The translations under genes were made by a program, and so were the position numbers. DNA of 63,330 nucleotides, filler included, from Chlamydiia bacterium (lineage in GTDB: Bacteria; Chlamydiota; Chlamydiia; Chlamydiales; FEN-1388), in assembly GCA_903848235.1 (NCBI GenBank). It is 14 parts of 14 records of this genome, joined end to end, with 100 filler letters (N's around TTAATTAATTAA, not from the genome) between each part and the next. Parts side by side here need not be neighbours in the genome. Positions count along the whole stretch, not along the records: positions 30,085 to 41,293 come from CAINFV010000212.1; positions 41,394 to 44,102 come from CAINFV010000213.1; 12 more parts are not named here. One strand, written 5' to 3'. The notes beneath the pieces are model-generated. The model had not been told where the DNA came from, made no database searches, and saw only the letters and a program-made list of their open reading frames with translations. Below are positions 33,101 through 42,262 of the stretch, in pieces. How positions within the stretch are numbered: position 1 is the first letter of the stretch; each line of letters opens with the position of its first letter.

Positions 33101-33244
33101 TGCGATCTCATCTGAGGCGGCTTCAAGAGGTGTTTTTTCTTTGTCCGCTGCTGAAGAGCCTTTGGCCGCCTCATCTGTGAGTTTTTTGGCTTTGGGGAGA
33201 AGATCTCCATATGGATTAGTGCCAATGCCTTGCGTCGCGCTCAT
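30110..33244 (-). CDS. 1044-aa effector-like protein with C-terminal Gly/Ala hydrophobic helices
   Basis: long ORF with RBS GGAGG; low-complexity linkers, coiled coils, AAAGQALIPIPFVGAFAGSAAG. Confidence 0.8.
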   Translation of the reverse strand: MSATQGIGTNPYGDLLPKAKKLTDEAAKGSSAADKEKTPLEAASDEIAGRVYSVANGALRKTVIGPADVVVGPLLTKADDLIPRKIEFPPENVTPADQSKTFVDFFLEGFCEESHTIPDIGVSTISYANVALAQAIAQGLRDTLHICARPAEAISEGLQTEASVELIVNTIHTLPPETQKMLGLDTFAATLQDKVGGNPKALLSSLLQGTASVADNVARLIPESRTNREGANRSFTAEALLMTDIPIPTLVFPTQEVNDSLSSLGEHSGPTDGIPFNIPKGNPSLGGEHLSSSLDILLYADIPLPDLFLPNSQKDPSDPKQPAASQTPAPSKQRQQSSATGATGSRFPNGLKPQLSEDSHRSSDFDFRPDDRPPDFERFTGKLSVTLVGEDRQAELRSLANLCAYYKKNGWPKERMDYELKVRRNKVQHREDKLAGIQIDIKWSHQKGRVHQAFETLQQAEQANAKTGNGAHKISEAFVNYVVELELLNRFRAAKDAQKGGKAASGGAPKPPSGNKEKLPTASTPNPAGNGASSKNVEQDNPATPSTEGEKDAVVLEVNKATTPAAPLSELPTDADIQALEAEIKAIDVKIAGSGKEEKRAMKRVKRYKKWWRKVSQKFLHTVFEARKPGTVVDEETILATLNHEQKVALEQTRAGLASKLEELKNRVREKPPIDLSGRKIEKSPSEQKEPSAEEELQKTDADPEKPKDTQRDEQEKPPVEEEQSPAAAAAAATDDACPTDESQGGCLDALRKAKGKLQRTQEKAVRAAKTVEEYGDSVVRARHEQFFIGKKQFLEAKRLQKIADLIDKKLSQGGEGVSLKMKNGQEKSLTREQSQKLKAKVLRECAAKTDSAAKNIIDGSISATAGQSVKSAARCLGKRIEKIHLSSANALGSTAGAAVVDFGAHCIAEGKISGEEAGEAVKEVVCQTAKSVAKQVAQDVARSVIKGVVKEVAPKAAQYIPGVAAINSVLTIGSAALHSNSVGEAVSNGTSAAVDMGISFACAAAGQALIPIPFVGAFAGSAAGSLVIMGKNGAVSVVRSIFS

Positions 33245-33363
33245 AGTCCTCCAGCAGGATAAAATTAAGTAATATTGATTTTACAACCGGTTAATTGCAT
33301 GGAACTTTCAATATGAAGTCTAGTAATTCGTTTAGAGGAGTAGCGCTTTTACTTTTTAACTGG

Positions 33364-33475
33364 AGAGGCTTTTACAAAACTCGCGATTGCGATATGCGAA
33401 GTGCCGGCGAAGGGCATGGCTTTGATCTCGACGAAACCCATAGTGGTAACTATAGGTGAGGAGAGAGCGACGTTC
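33364..33475 (+). repeat. degenerate palindromic MITE-like element (AGAGGCTTTTRCAAAAC family)
   Basis: first ~47 nt match 40815-40861; internal CCCATAG..CTATAGGTGAGGA resembles the core of 38480-38641. Confidence 0.7.
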
Positions 33476-33550
33476 TGCGAAAGCGGTGTTCAAAAAAACT
33501 AAAGTATAGTTAGGCAAGTCTATGGATTTTAATAAAGTTGTTCAAGTATC

Positions 33551-36500
33551 ATGCTGTTCATCACAAAAATAAAACAAACGATTATTATGTTTAATTTTCA
33601 ATCTCAGATGTCTCCTGGATTTCTTTCAAGAATCGACCAGTCAGTACGCACGGAATTTGAGACCGCTCAAGCTAGGGTTCGGGTGCCGCCCACAGACGCA
33701 TCTCGCGTAGAAGAGGCTATGGCAACCATTCAAAACTGCTTTTCTGAGAGGACTAGAACAAATCATACGGCCGCTGTGGATCTGTTTTTGCAAAGAGCGC
33801 ACTCATTTCTGATTTCCTCTTCTAGCGAAACGGCAGAAAGGGAGCAAAGTGTGGCAAGACTTGCGTTGAGCCAGGCAAAACCAATAGAAGAGTGTCGCTC
33901 CCCGTTACAAGAAGGACAGCGAACAGCGGCAGCCGAAAGTCCGCAGCGGTCAAAACAGCTGGCCGAAGGCGAGTCGGTAGACTCGCCACCGAAATTGCCG
34001 CAACCGCTGTCTCCCTATCTTTCTATTTGTCTAAAGATTTTCGCTTCTTCAGTCACGGGCACTGTGCTTCGTCGAGAAGAGGTGGCAATGCATTGTGACA
34101 ATCGGCTTCGAGCTCTTGGGGAATGGTGCTCTGCATACAGACGGAAAGAGCTTCTAAAAAGTCGATGTGCAGAAGAAGTTGATCTCGAAGTTCAACAGTT
34201 TGAACAAGAAGCTCGAGCCAGAATTACTGAGGAGAGGGCAAAAAACGAAGAAATTTGTGATAGGTTTGAACATATCCGGCCTACTATCGCAAGGCTGATG
34301 GGCAAGCCTACTATCGGCCCGGTGACACTAGAAATTATGCAAAAAATGCTCTGGGTACAGCCATGGCTCATGTTGATTCAACAGACTCGAAATACGCCAC
34401 GGCTTTTTGGCGACTTTTTCTCGCAAATTGGCAAAATGCCGTTGCTTCAGCCGCTTTGGCAAGATCTTATCGGCCCTCTCCTAGTCCATGCTGGGTCGCA
34501 AAGCTTCGAGATCGGCCTTGATGCTCTTGTGGAATTTGTTCAAGGACATAATCAAGCGGGAAACGGCGGAGCCACAGGGCAATTTTTTAGAGCTTTGGAG
34601 GTATCTTCATTGCCAAATGAGATACGGCTGCAACTATTGCAAGGTGCGGCACGTTTAGATTCGGAATTGCGTAAGCCCCTTTATGGAATTCTCTCGCCAG
34701 AGGCCGATCGCATTCTTAGTCAGCTGGATAGGCCAACCGCACAGGCCCTCTTCGGAATTGGATCGTCCGCGCAAAAAATCCCCCCTCACCTGGTCTCGTG
34801 TATTCTGGAGGACACTGCTCAGCTTCTGGGGTATATAACCAAAAATGCAGGGCTGCAATTGGCGCCCGAAGCGATTTCAATAATTGCTCTTGCCGCCGCT
34901 GAGTGTGCAAAACTCCAAATATTGTGCACTGGTTTTGTATCTGTCTTCCTTGCAATGAGCTGTCTTCCAAACGAGGAGTTGTCTTCGTGTCTGAGACAGA
35001 TAGCCGAAGGGCCGAGCCCAGCTCGTCTTCTATTACTCAGGATATTGAGCAGCTCTGATGAGCGCTTCCAGAGAGTAAAAACGCTCTTCCAAAAGTTCTC
35101 TCCTATGAAAGGCCCCTTGGAATCTGACGATCTTTTTCTTTGTACTGAAGTACAAAGCCGGAGTATTTCTGAGTTAGACGATCTCCTCTTTTGCCTTCAG
35201 AAAAAATTTTTTAAAGAGAAATATCCCCTCGCGAGCGGGCTCAGGATGGATAAACAATGCCTGAATTTCCTTCGGAGAACATATCGGCCAACATTAAATG
35301 AGGAAAAATCATTAGCGTGGCTCCTCGATCTCTATGACCTCTTCAAACGTCCAGATGCCATGTTTCCCACCACGTATGAAAGCGCCATTTTCATGATTTT
35401 TTCATCACTGACCGGTGAAGAGAAAGCGATATATGCTCGTCGAGCACACAAACTTAATTCACTGGAGTATTTTTGTGCTCTCGAAGGAAGCGAGCATTTT
35501 GAGCCAGCGATCTCTTCAGTTTTATTATCAGAAGTGCCAACTGAGCCTCTTATACGATTTCTTTCCTCAAAGCCATTTCCAGAAATGGCCTTGTGGTTGC
35601 GGGAAAAAATTTCGGTGATGGGAGTTCACCTGCCTCGATGTGCAACAATGACTCCGGCGCAATTGCGAGCTATGCTGTTGAGATTTCCCTCCTCGGACTC
35701 TCATTTACCTCGTAAGCCATTGTTGGAGGTGCTGGGACTGCGCGATGAAGAGGCGCAAGCGCTCTGCCATATTGAAGAAAAGCCATTGACTGCAGAGCTA
35801 ACAGAGTTTCATACGCAGCTTCAGAATAAGATCAATCCCTACGATCCCCATTCCCTCTTACACTACATGTTGCAACTCAACAGCAGTATTTTGGGTGCTA
35901 CCATGGATTTATTAGTGAATGCTCGTGTTGAGATCCTTTGCGGCGGGAGGGTTTTCTTAACATGGGGTAACGTTCCTGCAACATCATCTCCATGTGTATC
36001 TCAGGATGATATTTCACTTCACGCGCGCTATAATGGCCAGTCTATTATCGCTCACCTTAGAGGGCTTTTTAATGACCCTGGCTTTGGCGTCAGTGCGTAC
36101 ATGTTGCGAGAGCGGCTCTTTGCTCTGAAACAAATGCATCCTGTGGACTACGCGCGATTAGGGGCTGAAGAATGTCTTTTAGCATCCGCGAATTTGTATT
36201 CACAAGAGGCCAAAGAGCTCTTTTTTGAGCTGCATCGTATCGCGGGGCATATAGAAGAAAAGTACCCTTCTCTCTTTGTACAACTTGTTGACTATCCAGC
36301 TCCTGTCGAAGATTATGGTGTGGACGGCTCTATCAGAACCTTCCATGAGTTCTTGGTCTCTATCCATAGACATTGTATTGCCTATCATCGAGAACATCAT
36401 GATTTCGTATACGATGGAGATAGAGCTTCCCATAATCACGGTCTGACCCTCCTCTCCCTTTTGAAGGTGATGCGATGTGCTGGGATTGATCGAGTAGGCG

Positions 36501-37549
36501 ACGTGGTGCGAGTCTCTTTCTCTCCTACTATTCATTACCAACTGAAGAGTCTGCGGCGAGAAGAGGTCCAAATCCTTCCGGAGGATAATCCTGGGGTAGA
36601 CGCTCTTTCAGAAGTAGCAACCGATTATCCCACCCACACTCTTACTGCGTTTACTCCGCGTGAGATAACGCCGGAAAACTTTATCGCCGCTACACGAGTG
36701 ATTCAGGCTTTGCCAGAAGAGCGATTTACAGCCTTGATTCGTTCCTGCTTTGACCCTAGATTCTTGTCTGAGAATCTTGAATATGCAACTCTCAGGCAAG
36801 GGTTTGAAGCCTGGAAACAATGCTGGCCGTCAGGCGTTGATATTTCAGAATGCTCACATGTGCTCGTCACCTTAGCCGAACAGTATATCGGGCCGATCAA
36901 CGTAGGCGCGACTACTATTCGTCCCAATGGAAGATATCATCTGAACCAGGATCTCAATGCTTTTGCTTTGCAAGAGCAAGTACCGGATTTTCTCAAAAGC
37001 CAAGGGAATTTCGCGAGTGCTCTGTGCGCCTCTTTTATTCCTCTAGATCCGTATCTTCACGATGGCGACTGCAGTGTCAATTCATTCCTCCTTGGGCTTG
37101 CGCGAACTCCAGGAGAACGAAGTGCCTACCTTCAGGAAAGCGAAATGTTGGATAGAGACGTTCGTGAATTTCGACACGATCTCGTTGAGTGGGCACAAAA
37201 TCACCGGCAGGTACTCGATGAGAAATTCGGGGTATCAGAGATTGACGATTTTATTCAGTCGTATTCTCTTAGAGACGAAGGGGGGCCTTTGTCATGGAGC
37301 GGGCCTGAAGCGTGGTGGATAGCCGCTCAAGTCTACCGTAGAAAAATCATGGTCTATAACTGCGATCGTACGGGCAACGTATTTTCATTGGACGAACACT
37401 GTGCGATAAATCCAACGGCTGTCTTTGGGCTTGATGATGGGACTTTTGATGAAGAGCCTATTCATTTAGCAAATTGGTCCGTTCACTATTGTTTCTTGCA
37501 GCCAAGATTGAGGGCAGAGGCCCCGCCTCTCGCGATTTCCCCTCACTAG
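33551..37549 (+). CDS. 1332-aa effector-like protein with C-terminal OTU cysteine-protease domain
   Basis: DGDCSVNS, WSGPE, IHL..HY give the OTU Cys/His motif order; start may be ATG 33587. Confidence 0.75.
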   Translation: MLFITKIKQTIIMFNFQSQMSPGFLSRIDQSVRTEFETAQARVRVPPTDASRVEEAMATIQNCFSERTRTNHTAAVDLFLQRAHSFLISSSSETAEREQSVARLALSQAKPIEECRSPLQEGQRTAAAESPQRSKQLAEGESVDSPPKLPQPLSPYLSICLKIFASSVTGTVLRREEVAMHCDNRLRALGEWCSAYRRKELLKSRCAEEVDLEVQQFEQEARARITEERAKNEEICDRFEHIRPTIARLMGKPTIGPVTLEIMQKMLWVQPWLMLIQQTRNTPRLFGDFFSQIGKMPLLQPLWQDLIGPLLVHAGSQSFEIGLDALVEFVQGHNQAGNGGATGQFFRALEVSSLPNEIRLQLLQGAARLDSELRKPLYGILSPEADRILSQLDRPTAQALFGIGSSAQKIPPHLVSCILEDTAQLLGYITKNAGLQLAPEAISIIALAAAECAKLQILCTGFVSVFLAMSCLPNEELSSCLRQIAEGPSPARLLLLRILSSSDERFQRVKTLFQKFSPMKGPLESDDLFLCTEVQSRSISELDDLLFCLQKKFFKEKYPLASGLRMDKQCLNFLRRTYRPTLNEEKSLAWLLDLYDLFKRPDAMFPTTYESAIFMIFSSLTGEEKAIYARRAHKLNSLEYFCALEGSEHFEPAISSVLLSEVPTEPLIRFLSSKPFPEMALWLREKISVMGVHLPRCATMTPAQLRAMLLRFPSSDSHLPRKPLLEVLGLRDEEAQALCHIEEKPLTAELTEFHTQLQNKINPYDPHSLLHYMLQLNSSILGATMDLLVNARVEILCGGRVFLTWGNVPATSSPCVSQDDISLHARYNGQSIIAHLRGLFNDPGFGVSAYMLRERLFALKQMHPVDYARLGAEECLLASANLYSQEAKELFFELHRIAGHIEEKYPSLFVQLVDYPAPVEDYGVDGSIRTFHEFLVSIHRHCIAYHREHHDFVYDGDRASHNHGLTLLSLLKVMRCAGIDRVGDVVRVSFSPTIHYQLKSLRREEVQILPEDNPGVDALSEVATDYPTHTLTAFTPREITPENFIAATRVIQALPEERFTALIRSCFDPRFLSENLEYATLRQGFEAWKQCWPSGVDISECSHVLVTLAEQYIGPINVGATTIRPNGRYHLNQDLNAFALQEQVPDFLKSQGNFASALCASFIPLDPYLHDGDCSVNSFLLGLARTPGERSAYLQESEMLDRDVREFRHDLVEWAQNHRQVLDEKFGVSEIDDFIQSYSLRDEGGPLSWSGPEAWWIAAQVYRRKIMVYNCDRTGNVFSLDEHCAINPTAVFGLDDGTFDEEPIHLANWSVHYCFLQPRLRAEAPPLAISPH

Positions 37550-37606
37550 CTTGTAACTGGAGTTTGTCCAAGCAGAACAAATAAATATTTTTTTATAGGC
37601 ATAGAG

Positions 37607-38467
37607 ATGAGATTTTTAATTTTCCTTTGTTTGTTTTTGACGTGTTCTCACGGTTATTCGGAAGAACCGAATGAAGATATAGATAGCTTTCGTAATTCAT
37701 TTCCACATCAGTATATTGAAACTGCCAAGATGATCAGGTTTAGAGAGGATGCTAAAATCGTTTTTGTTCAAGACAAGGATTTTTTTATCTCCTGCGATGA
37801 AGGCAAGTCTATTGAATCCAGCCAAAATTCTTGTATTCCATACAAGAGCATTCGAATAGCAATCCATCTTCCTAAACTTGAAGATAAAAAAACGTATATT
37901 TTGTACTGCCCAAATGTCGGAAGTCCTTCCCATCCAGAGCTTTACCTGGAAGTAATAAAAGACGGAAACGACATCTTCTATTTTAATGCAGATTGTATTG
38001 CTGATACAGTTTCGCTGAACAAGGCAAAATTATTGACAATAGATGTAAATCCTGGATTTTGCTCTGACTGGTATCTTATTTCTTCTGAGCCCGACAACAT
38101 AGTACATACCTCCTTCGCGTATAAACCCATTATAGTCTCTTTAGCTACCGGGGAAACTGTTCAAATCCACAAAAAGGAGCCAGGAGGAAATATGGCGGAG
38201 ATTTTTCTAACGAATTTTCCCAAAAATACGAAGGTGTCGATTGAATCAACCTCAAGTCCGAAACATATTTTTGAAACGGACGACCAGGGGTATTCGGTAG
38301 GAATCCATCTTCCCTCCCAACATCAAGACAAAACAAAAGGTGTTGATCTCATTAAAATACTATGGGATGACCGTTGTTTAGAAACTTCAGTGGATTGGGA
38401 TAAGTCAACGCTAGATGTCGAAAGGGTACAGCCTGTTTCGAGGTTGTGGACCGCGTTTGGTTTTTAA
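37607..38467 (+). CDS. hypothetical exported protein
   Basis: signal peptide MRFLIFLCLFLTCSHGYS; AT-richer than neighbours. Confidence 0.75.
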   Translation: MRFLIFLCLFLTCSHGYSEEPNEDIDSFRNSFPHQYIETAKMIRFREDAKIVFVQDKDFFISCDEGKSIESSQNSCIPYKSIRIAIHLPKLEDKKTYILYCPNVGSPSHPELYLEVIKDGNDIFYFNADCIADTVSLNKAKLLTIDVNPGFCSDWYLISSEPDNIVHTSFAYKPIIVSLATGETVQIHKKEPGGNMAEIFLTNFPKNTKVSIESTSSPKHIFETDDQGYSVGIHLPSQHQDKTKGVDLIKILWDDRCLETSVDWDKSTLDVERVQPVSRLWTAFGF

Positions 38468-38479
38468 AACCAAGTCTTA

Positions 38480-38641
38480 GGGACTGTGCAATAATAACAT
38501 ACGCAAATTGGGTGAGCGGGGTCGTCGAGATGTCGAGGATCGTAACGAGCCCCATAGCGTGCTATGGGTGAGGAACGATCCATCGGCAGATCGATGGCCA
38601 CACGCTCACCCAACTTGCGTATGTTATTATTGCACAGTCCC
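38480..38641. mobile_element. 162-bp MITE with 39-bp terminal inverted repeats and TTA target duplication
   Basis: GGGACTGTGCAATAATAACATACGCAARTTGGGTGAGCG at both ends (1 mismatch); TTA at 38477-38479 and 38642-38644. Confidence 0.88.
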
Positions 38642-38856
38642 TTACGTTCTGAGCGTTGCCAGATTGTGCAAAGTAGAGATACTGTAATCGTCTAAAGAGG
38701 CAACGCTCCAAAAGAAATCTACAGAGGCTCTGTCTGCACAAACGCTACGACGCGCCTTTTTTTTCCATTTTTCTATTCTAACTCTAGGCCGAAAGAGGTA
38801 TATATCTCTTCTTGTTCATGAATCGGATTTCACGCTTAAAAAAAACGGTGACTTCT

Positions 38857-40677
38857 ATGTGTGGGATTTTTGCTTACGTTGGAACAAGAAATGGCATTCG
38901 CCTGGCATTAGACTGCCTGAAGAAAATGGAATACCGAGGCTATGACTCTGCAGGCCTTGCCTACATCGCCGATGGCAATCTGATAACGCATAAGGCAGTG
39001 GGCAAGCTGAGAAACCTCGAGAAGATGATCGACGATCAGACAGCGCAGTGTGTGATTGCCCACACACGATGGGCAACACATGGCAAGGTGACAACAGAAA
39101 ATGCCCACCCCATACTCGATGCGACACAGTCCGTAGCTGTCATCCATAACGGTGTCATCGAAAACTTCCAGCAGCTACGCCATGAGCTAGAACGCGAGGG
39201 CATCACCTTCCGCACAGAGACAGACACCGAAGTCATCGCCAACCTCATCGCCATCCTCTACAAGGGGGATCTTCTTCAAGCAGTTCAAGAGATGGTGCCA
39301 CTGATAAAAGGGGCATGGGCGATAGCTGTCATCCATAAGAATCACCCAGACGAATGTATCGTTGCTAAGAATAGCAGTCCTCTCGTCATTGGCATTGGCG
39401 TAGGAGAGACATTTGCAGCATCAGAGCCTAACGCCCTTATCCACCACACACGAGAAGTGATATACCTCAGCGAGGGTGAGCTGGCACGAATCAAAGCAAA
39501 TAGCGTAGAGCTGTTTGACGAGGCACGTCTTCCGATCACCAAGCAGACGGAGCAGCTCAAGCATAGTGCAGAAGAGATGTCGAAAGGGGATTTTGCTCAT
39601 TATACCCTCAAAGAGATCTATGACCAGCCGCAGGCAGTACGCAATGCCATGCTATCACGCTTCTTCGAAGACTACGGCACAGTGGCGATGGATGAGATTT
39701 CTATATCCGCAGCAGCACTCCTCGCTGTCAAACGCGTTGTCATCGTCGCCTGCGGCACATCACTTCACGCTGGGCTTGTCGCTGGCTATATGCTCGAAGA
39801 GATAGCGCGCATCCCCACCTCTGTGGAGATATCATCGGAATTTCGCTACCGTAACCCCATAGTAGAAGATGGCACGCTGGTGCTTGCCATAAGCCAGTCT
39901 GGAGAGACGGCGGACACCCTTGCTGCGGTCCGTGAGCTGAAGGCAAAAGGTGCTACCATCATCGCCATATGTAACGTACAGGGGTCTACCCTCACACGCG
40001 ACGCAGACTCCACGCTCTTCCTCCGCGCAGGGACGGAAGTCGGCGTCTGCTCGACGAAAGCATTTACCTCCCAGCTTACTGTCCTCACGCTATTCACCAT
40101 TATGATGGCGCGCCTCAGGCATATGAGTAAGGCAGAAGGACAGGAGTTCCTCTCCGCCCTCAAAGAGATACCGGAGCAAATACAGCAGGTCCTCGCCATT
40201 GCCCCTCATATAGAAAAGCTCGCCGACAAATACGCTTCTGCCAATGACTTCTACTTTATAGGGCGCCGTTATATGTACCCCACATGCCTCGAAGGGGCTC
40301 TGAAGCTCAAAGAGATAGCCTACATCAACGCCTGCGGCTATGCAGCAGGGGAGATGAAGCATGGCCCTATCGCACTTCTCAACGAAAAATGCCCTACCTT
40401 CGCCCTATGTGCGGATACCCTTACCTATGACAAGGTTGTCAGCAACGTCATGGAGTCAAAAGCACGCCATAGCCCGGTCATCTGCTTGACATTTGCAGGA
40501 GACACTCGCCTGACAAAAATCGCTGATGACATCATAGAAATCCCTATGACACGTGATGAGCTAGCGCCTATCACCGCAGCTGTTGCCTGTCAGCTGTTTG
40601 CCTACTACTGCGCTAAAAAGCGCGGCGCGGACATCGACCAGCCGCGAAACCTCGCCAAGTCCGTCACCGTGGAGTAA
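38857..40677 (+). CDS. glmS: glutamine--fructose-6-phosphate aminotransferase
   Basis: MCGIF start, EYRGYDSAG, HTRWATHG, SQSGET, PRNLAKSVTVE. Confidence 0.99.
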   Translation: MCGIFAYVGTRNGIRLALDCLKKMEYRGYDSAGLAYIADGNLITHKAVGKLRNLEKMIDDQTAQCVIAHTRWATHGKVTTENAHPILDATQSVAVIHNGVIENFQQLRHELEREGITFRTETDTEVIANLIAILYKGDLLQAVQEMVPLIKGAWAIAVIHKNHPDECIVAKNSSPLVIGIGVGETFAASEPNALIHHTREVIYLSEGELARIKANSVELFDEARLPITKQTEQLKHSAEEMSKGDFAHYTLKEIYDQPQAVRNAMLSRFFEDYGTVAMDEISISAAALLAVKRVVIVACGTSLHAGLVAGYMLEEIARIPTSVEISSEFRYRNPIVEDGTLVLAISQSGETADTLAAVRELKAKGATIIAICNVQGSTLTRDADSTLFLRAGTEVGVCSTKAFTSQLTVLTLFTIMMARLRHMSKAEGQEFLSALKEIPEQIQQVLAIAPHIEKLADKYASANDFYFIGRRYMYPTCLEGALKLKEIAYINACGYAAGEMKHGPIALLNEKCPTFALCADTLTYDKVVSNVMESKARHSPVICLTFAGDTRLTKIADDIIEIPMTRDELAPITAAVACQLFAYYCAKKRGADIDQPRNLAKSVTVE

Positions 40678-40751
40678 AGAAGGCTTGAAGACGCGTCATC
40701 AACGTCTGAATTATGGTCACTTTTTCAAAAAAGTATTTTTCTATTAAGTAT

Positions 40752-40775
40752 TTTTACTCAATGCGTTGAGTAAAA
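40752..40775. terminator. hairpin downstream of glmS
   Basis: TTTTACTCAA-TGCG-TTGAGTAAAA perfect 10-bp stem. Confidence 0.45.
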
Positions 40776-40814
40776 TCAAGAGTTGTCGTCATGTGGGCTG
40801 CAAACTCAGAGTAC

Positions 40815-40868
40815 AGAGGCTTTTGCAAAACGAGCGATTGCGATATGCGAAGTGCTGGCGACGAAGGG
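40815..40868 (+). repeat. partial AGAGGCTTTTRCAAAAC-family repeat
   Basis: AGAGGCTTTTGCAAAACGAGCGATTGCGATATGCGAAGTGCTGGCGA matches 33364 onward. Confidence 0.75.
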
Positions 40869-41180
40869 AGAGATAAACTCTCTATTCTAGCCGCCGCGAG
40901 CGTAGCGCTGATCCTTACCCATAAGTCACAAATTGACTAGTCGGAGCTTACAAGTTAGGTGGTATCAGATAATGCGAAGTTCCTCGTCACAGGTGCGTGA
41001 ATGGGTTTAGCGGTTTTACTAGTAGGTAATACACCAAACCAATCCAAACACATGTGAGAGGAAGATCTCGTTAGATGATTCTCCATAATTTGTAACCTTC
41101 GGCTGGCGCCAAACAACATGTTTTGCAATCCTGGTTAGGAATATTTGAACCACTGAGATCACCGAGAACACAGAGAGAAA

Positions 41181-41293
41181 TTATAGTCTCATGCGTCGTA
41201 ATCCATCCTTCAGCATGGTCACATTGAAATTGATAAGCAGCTCTCGTTTGTAATCAGACATCTTTAAATACGACAACAATTGAGCTTCGTGAA
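41181..41293 (-). CDS. GxxExxY-family (PD-(D/E)xK-like) protein, C-terminal fragment
   Basis: [36 protein letters not shown]; not in the ORF track; followed by CTCTGTGTTCTCGGTGATCTCAGTGG. Confidence 0.85.
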
Positions 41294-41536
41294 NNNNNNN
41301 NNNNNNNNNNNNNNNNNNNNNNNNNNNNNNNNNNNNNTTAATTAATTAANNNNNNNNNNNNNNNNNNNNNNNNNNNNNNNNNNNNNNNNNNNNAGACGGG
41401 GGGAATTACATAGAGTCTGTAATAACCAGAAAAGAATTAAGTTTACTACAGGAGAAGAAACCAATTGATGGGATATTTGAAATTGGGGATCAAGTGTACA
41501 GCATGGGGATAAGGACAATAACACAGGAGGAAGAAA

Positions 41537-41680
41537 GTGCCACTAAAACAGGGAAAAAGCAGAAAAATAATCAGTAGGAACATTAGTGAGATGGTCAAGG
41601 CCGGCCATCCACAGGATCAGGCAGTAGCGGCTGCCCTGTCAAATGCTAAGAGCGGGAAGAAACAAAAGGGGAAGAAATGA
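41537..41680 (+). CDS. small basic phage-type protein (47 aa)
   Basis: RBS AGGAGG, GTG start, [41 protein letters not shown] overlap with next ORF; missed by the track. Confidence 0.8.
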   Translation: MPLKQGKSRKIISRNISEMVKAGHPQDQAVAAALSNAKSGKKQKGKK

Positions 41681-41925
41681 AAAGAACATCAGATATTAAA
41701 GGGGTAGTGAAGAGGCAGAGGATGTACTCAACCCTGGCTCGAAGGGAAGGGCAATACGCCTTGAAGAAGGAGAAGGAAGAGGAAGGAGAAGGGGCTCCAG
41801 AGATGGCAAAGGATAGCTCGAGAGAGGCAAAGATAGCGTTTGTCTTTGCTAAGAAGAGGAAGGAAATAGCAAACAATGAAGAAAAAAAACTTAGAAAACC
41901 ATTAAAGAAGAGAGTGAAGAAATGA
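41677..41925 (+). CDS. hypothetical basic phage protein
   Basis: ATGA-coupled at both ends. Confidence 0.7.
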   Translation: MKRTSDIKGVVKRQRMYSTLARREGQYALKKEKEEEGEGAPEMAKDSSREAKIAFVFAKKRKEIANNEEKKLRKPLKKRVKK

Positions 41926-42158
41926 CATACAATTCAGGGACATCGAATGAAAGACCTCAGCAATCTATTGAAAAATCAGCTGGATTTGGCAGCTGGAGCC
42001 TTAAAGAGCAGGCAGAGTGCCAGAAGAAAATGGCTGTCTCTCTTGAAAACATTGATGCTTCCCTCCGAAGAATAGCTTCATCAATACTATCTAACCAAAA
42101 AAAAGTTGATGTAAGTGGAAATGTCCCCCCCCAGGTGACAGACGAGATCCCTTTCTAG
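41922..42158 (+). CDS. hypothetical phage protein with SSB-like acidic tail
   Basis: ends TDEIPF; coupled to the upstream ORF. Confidence 0.7.
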   Translation: MTYNSGTSNERPQQSIEKSAGFGSWSLKEQAECQKKMAVSLENIDASLRRIASSILSNQKKVDVSGNVPPQVTDEIPF

Positions 42159-42262
42159 ACGAGGAGCTAGAGGAGGTTTTTGTTGAGACTTCAAGGAATA
42201 GTGGAATAGATTTTTTTGCAAAATTAGCTAATGAAATAGATAAGGAAGGAGAAAGACAGGAA

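Noticed and set aside
40640..40760. Tn7 insertion at attTn7 after glmS
   Set aside because: No TGT-initiated end with repeated TnsB sites and no tns genes visible.
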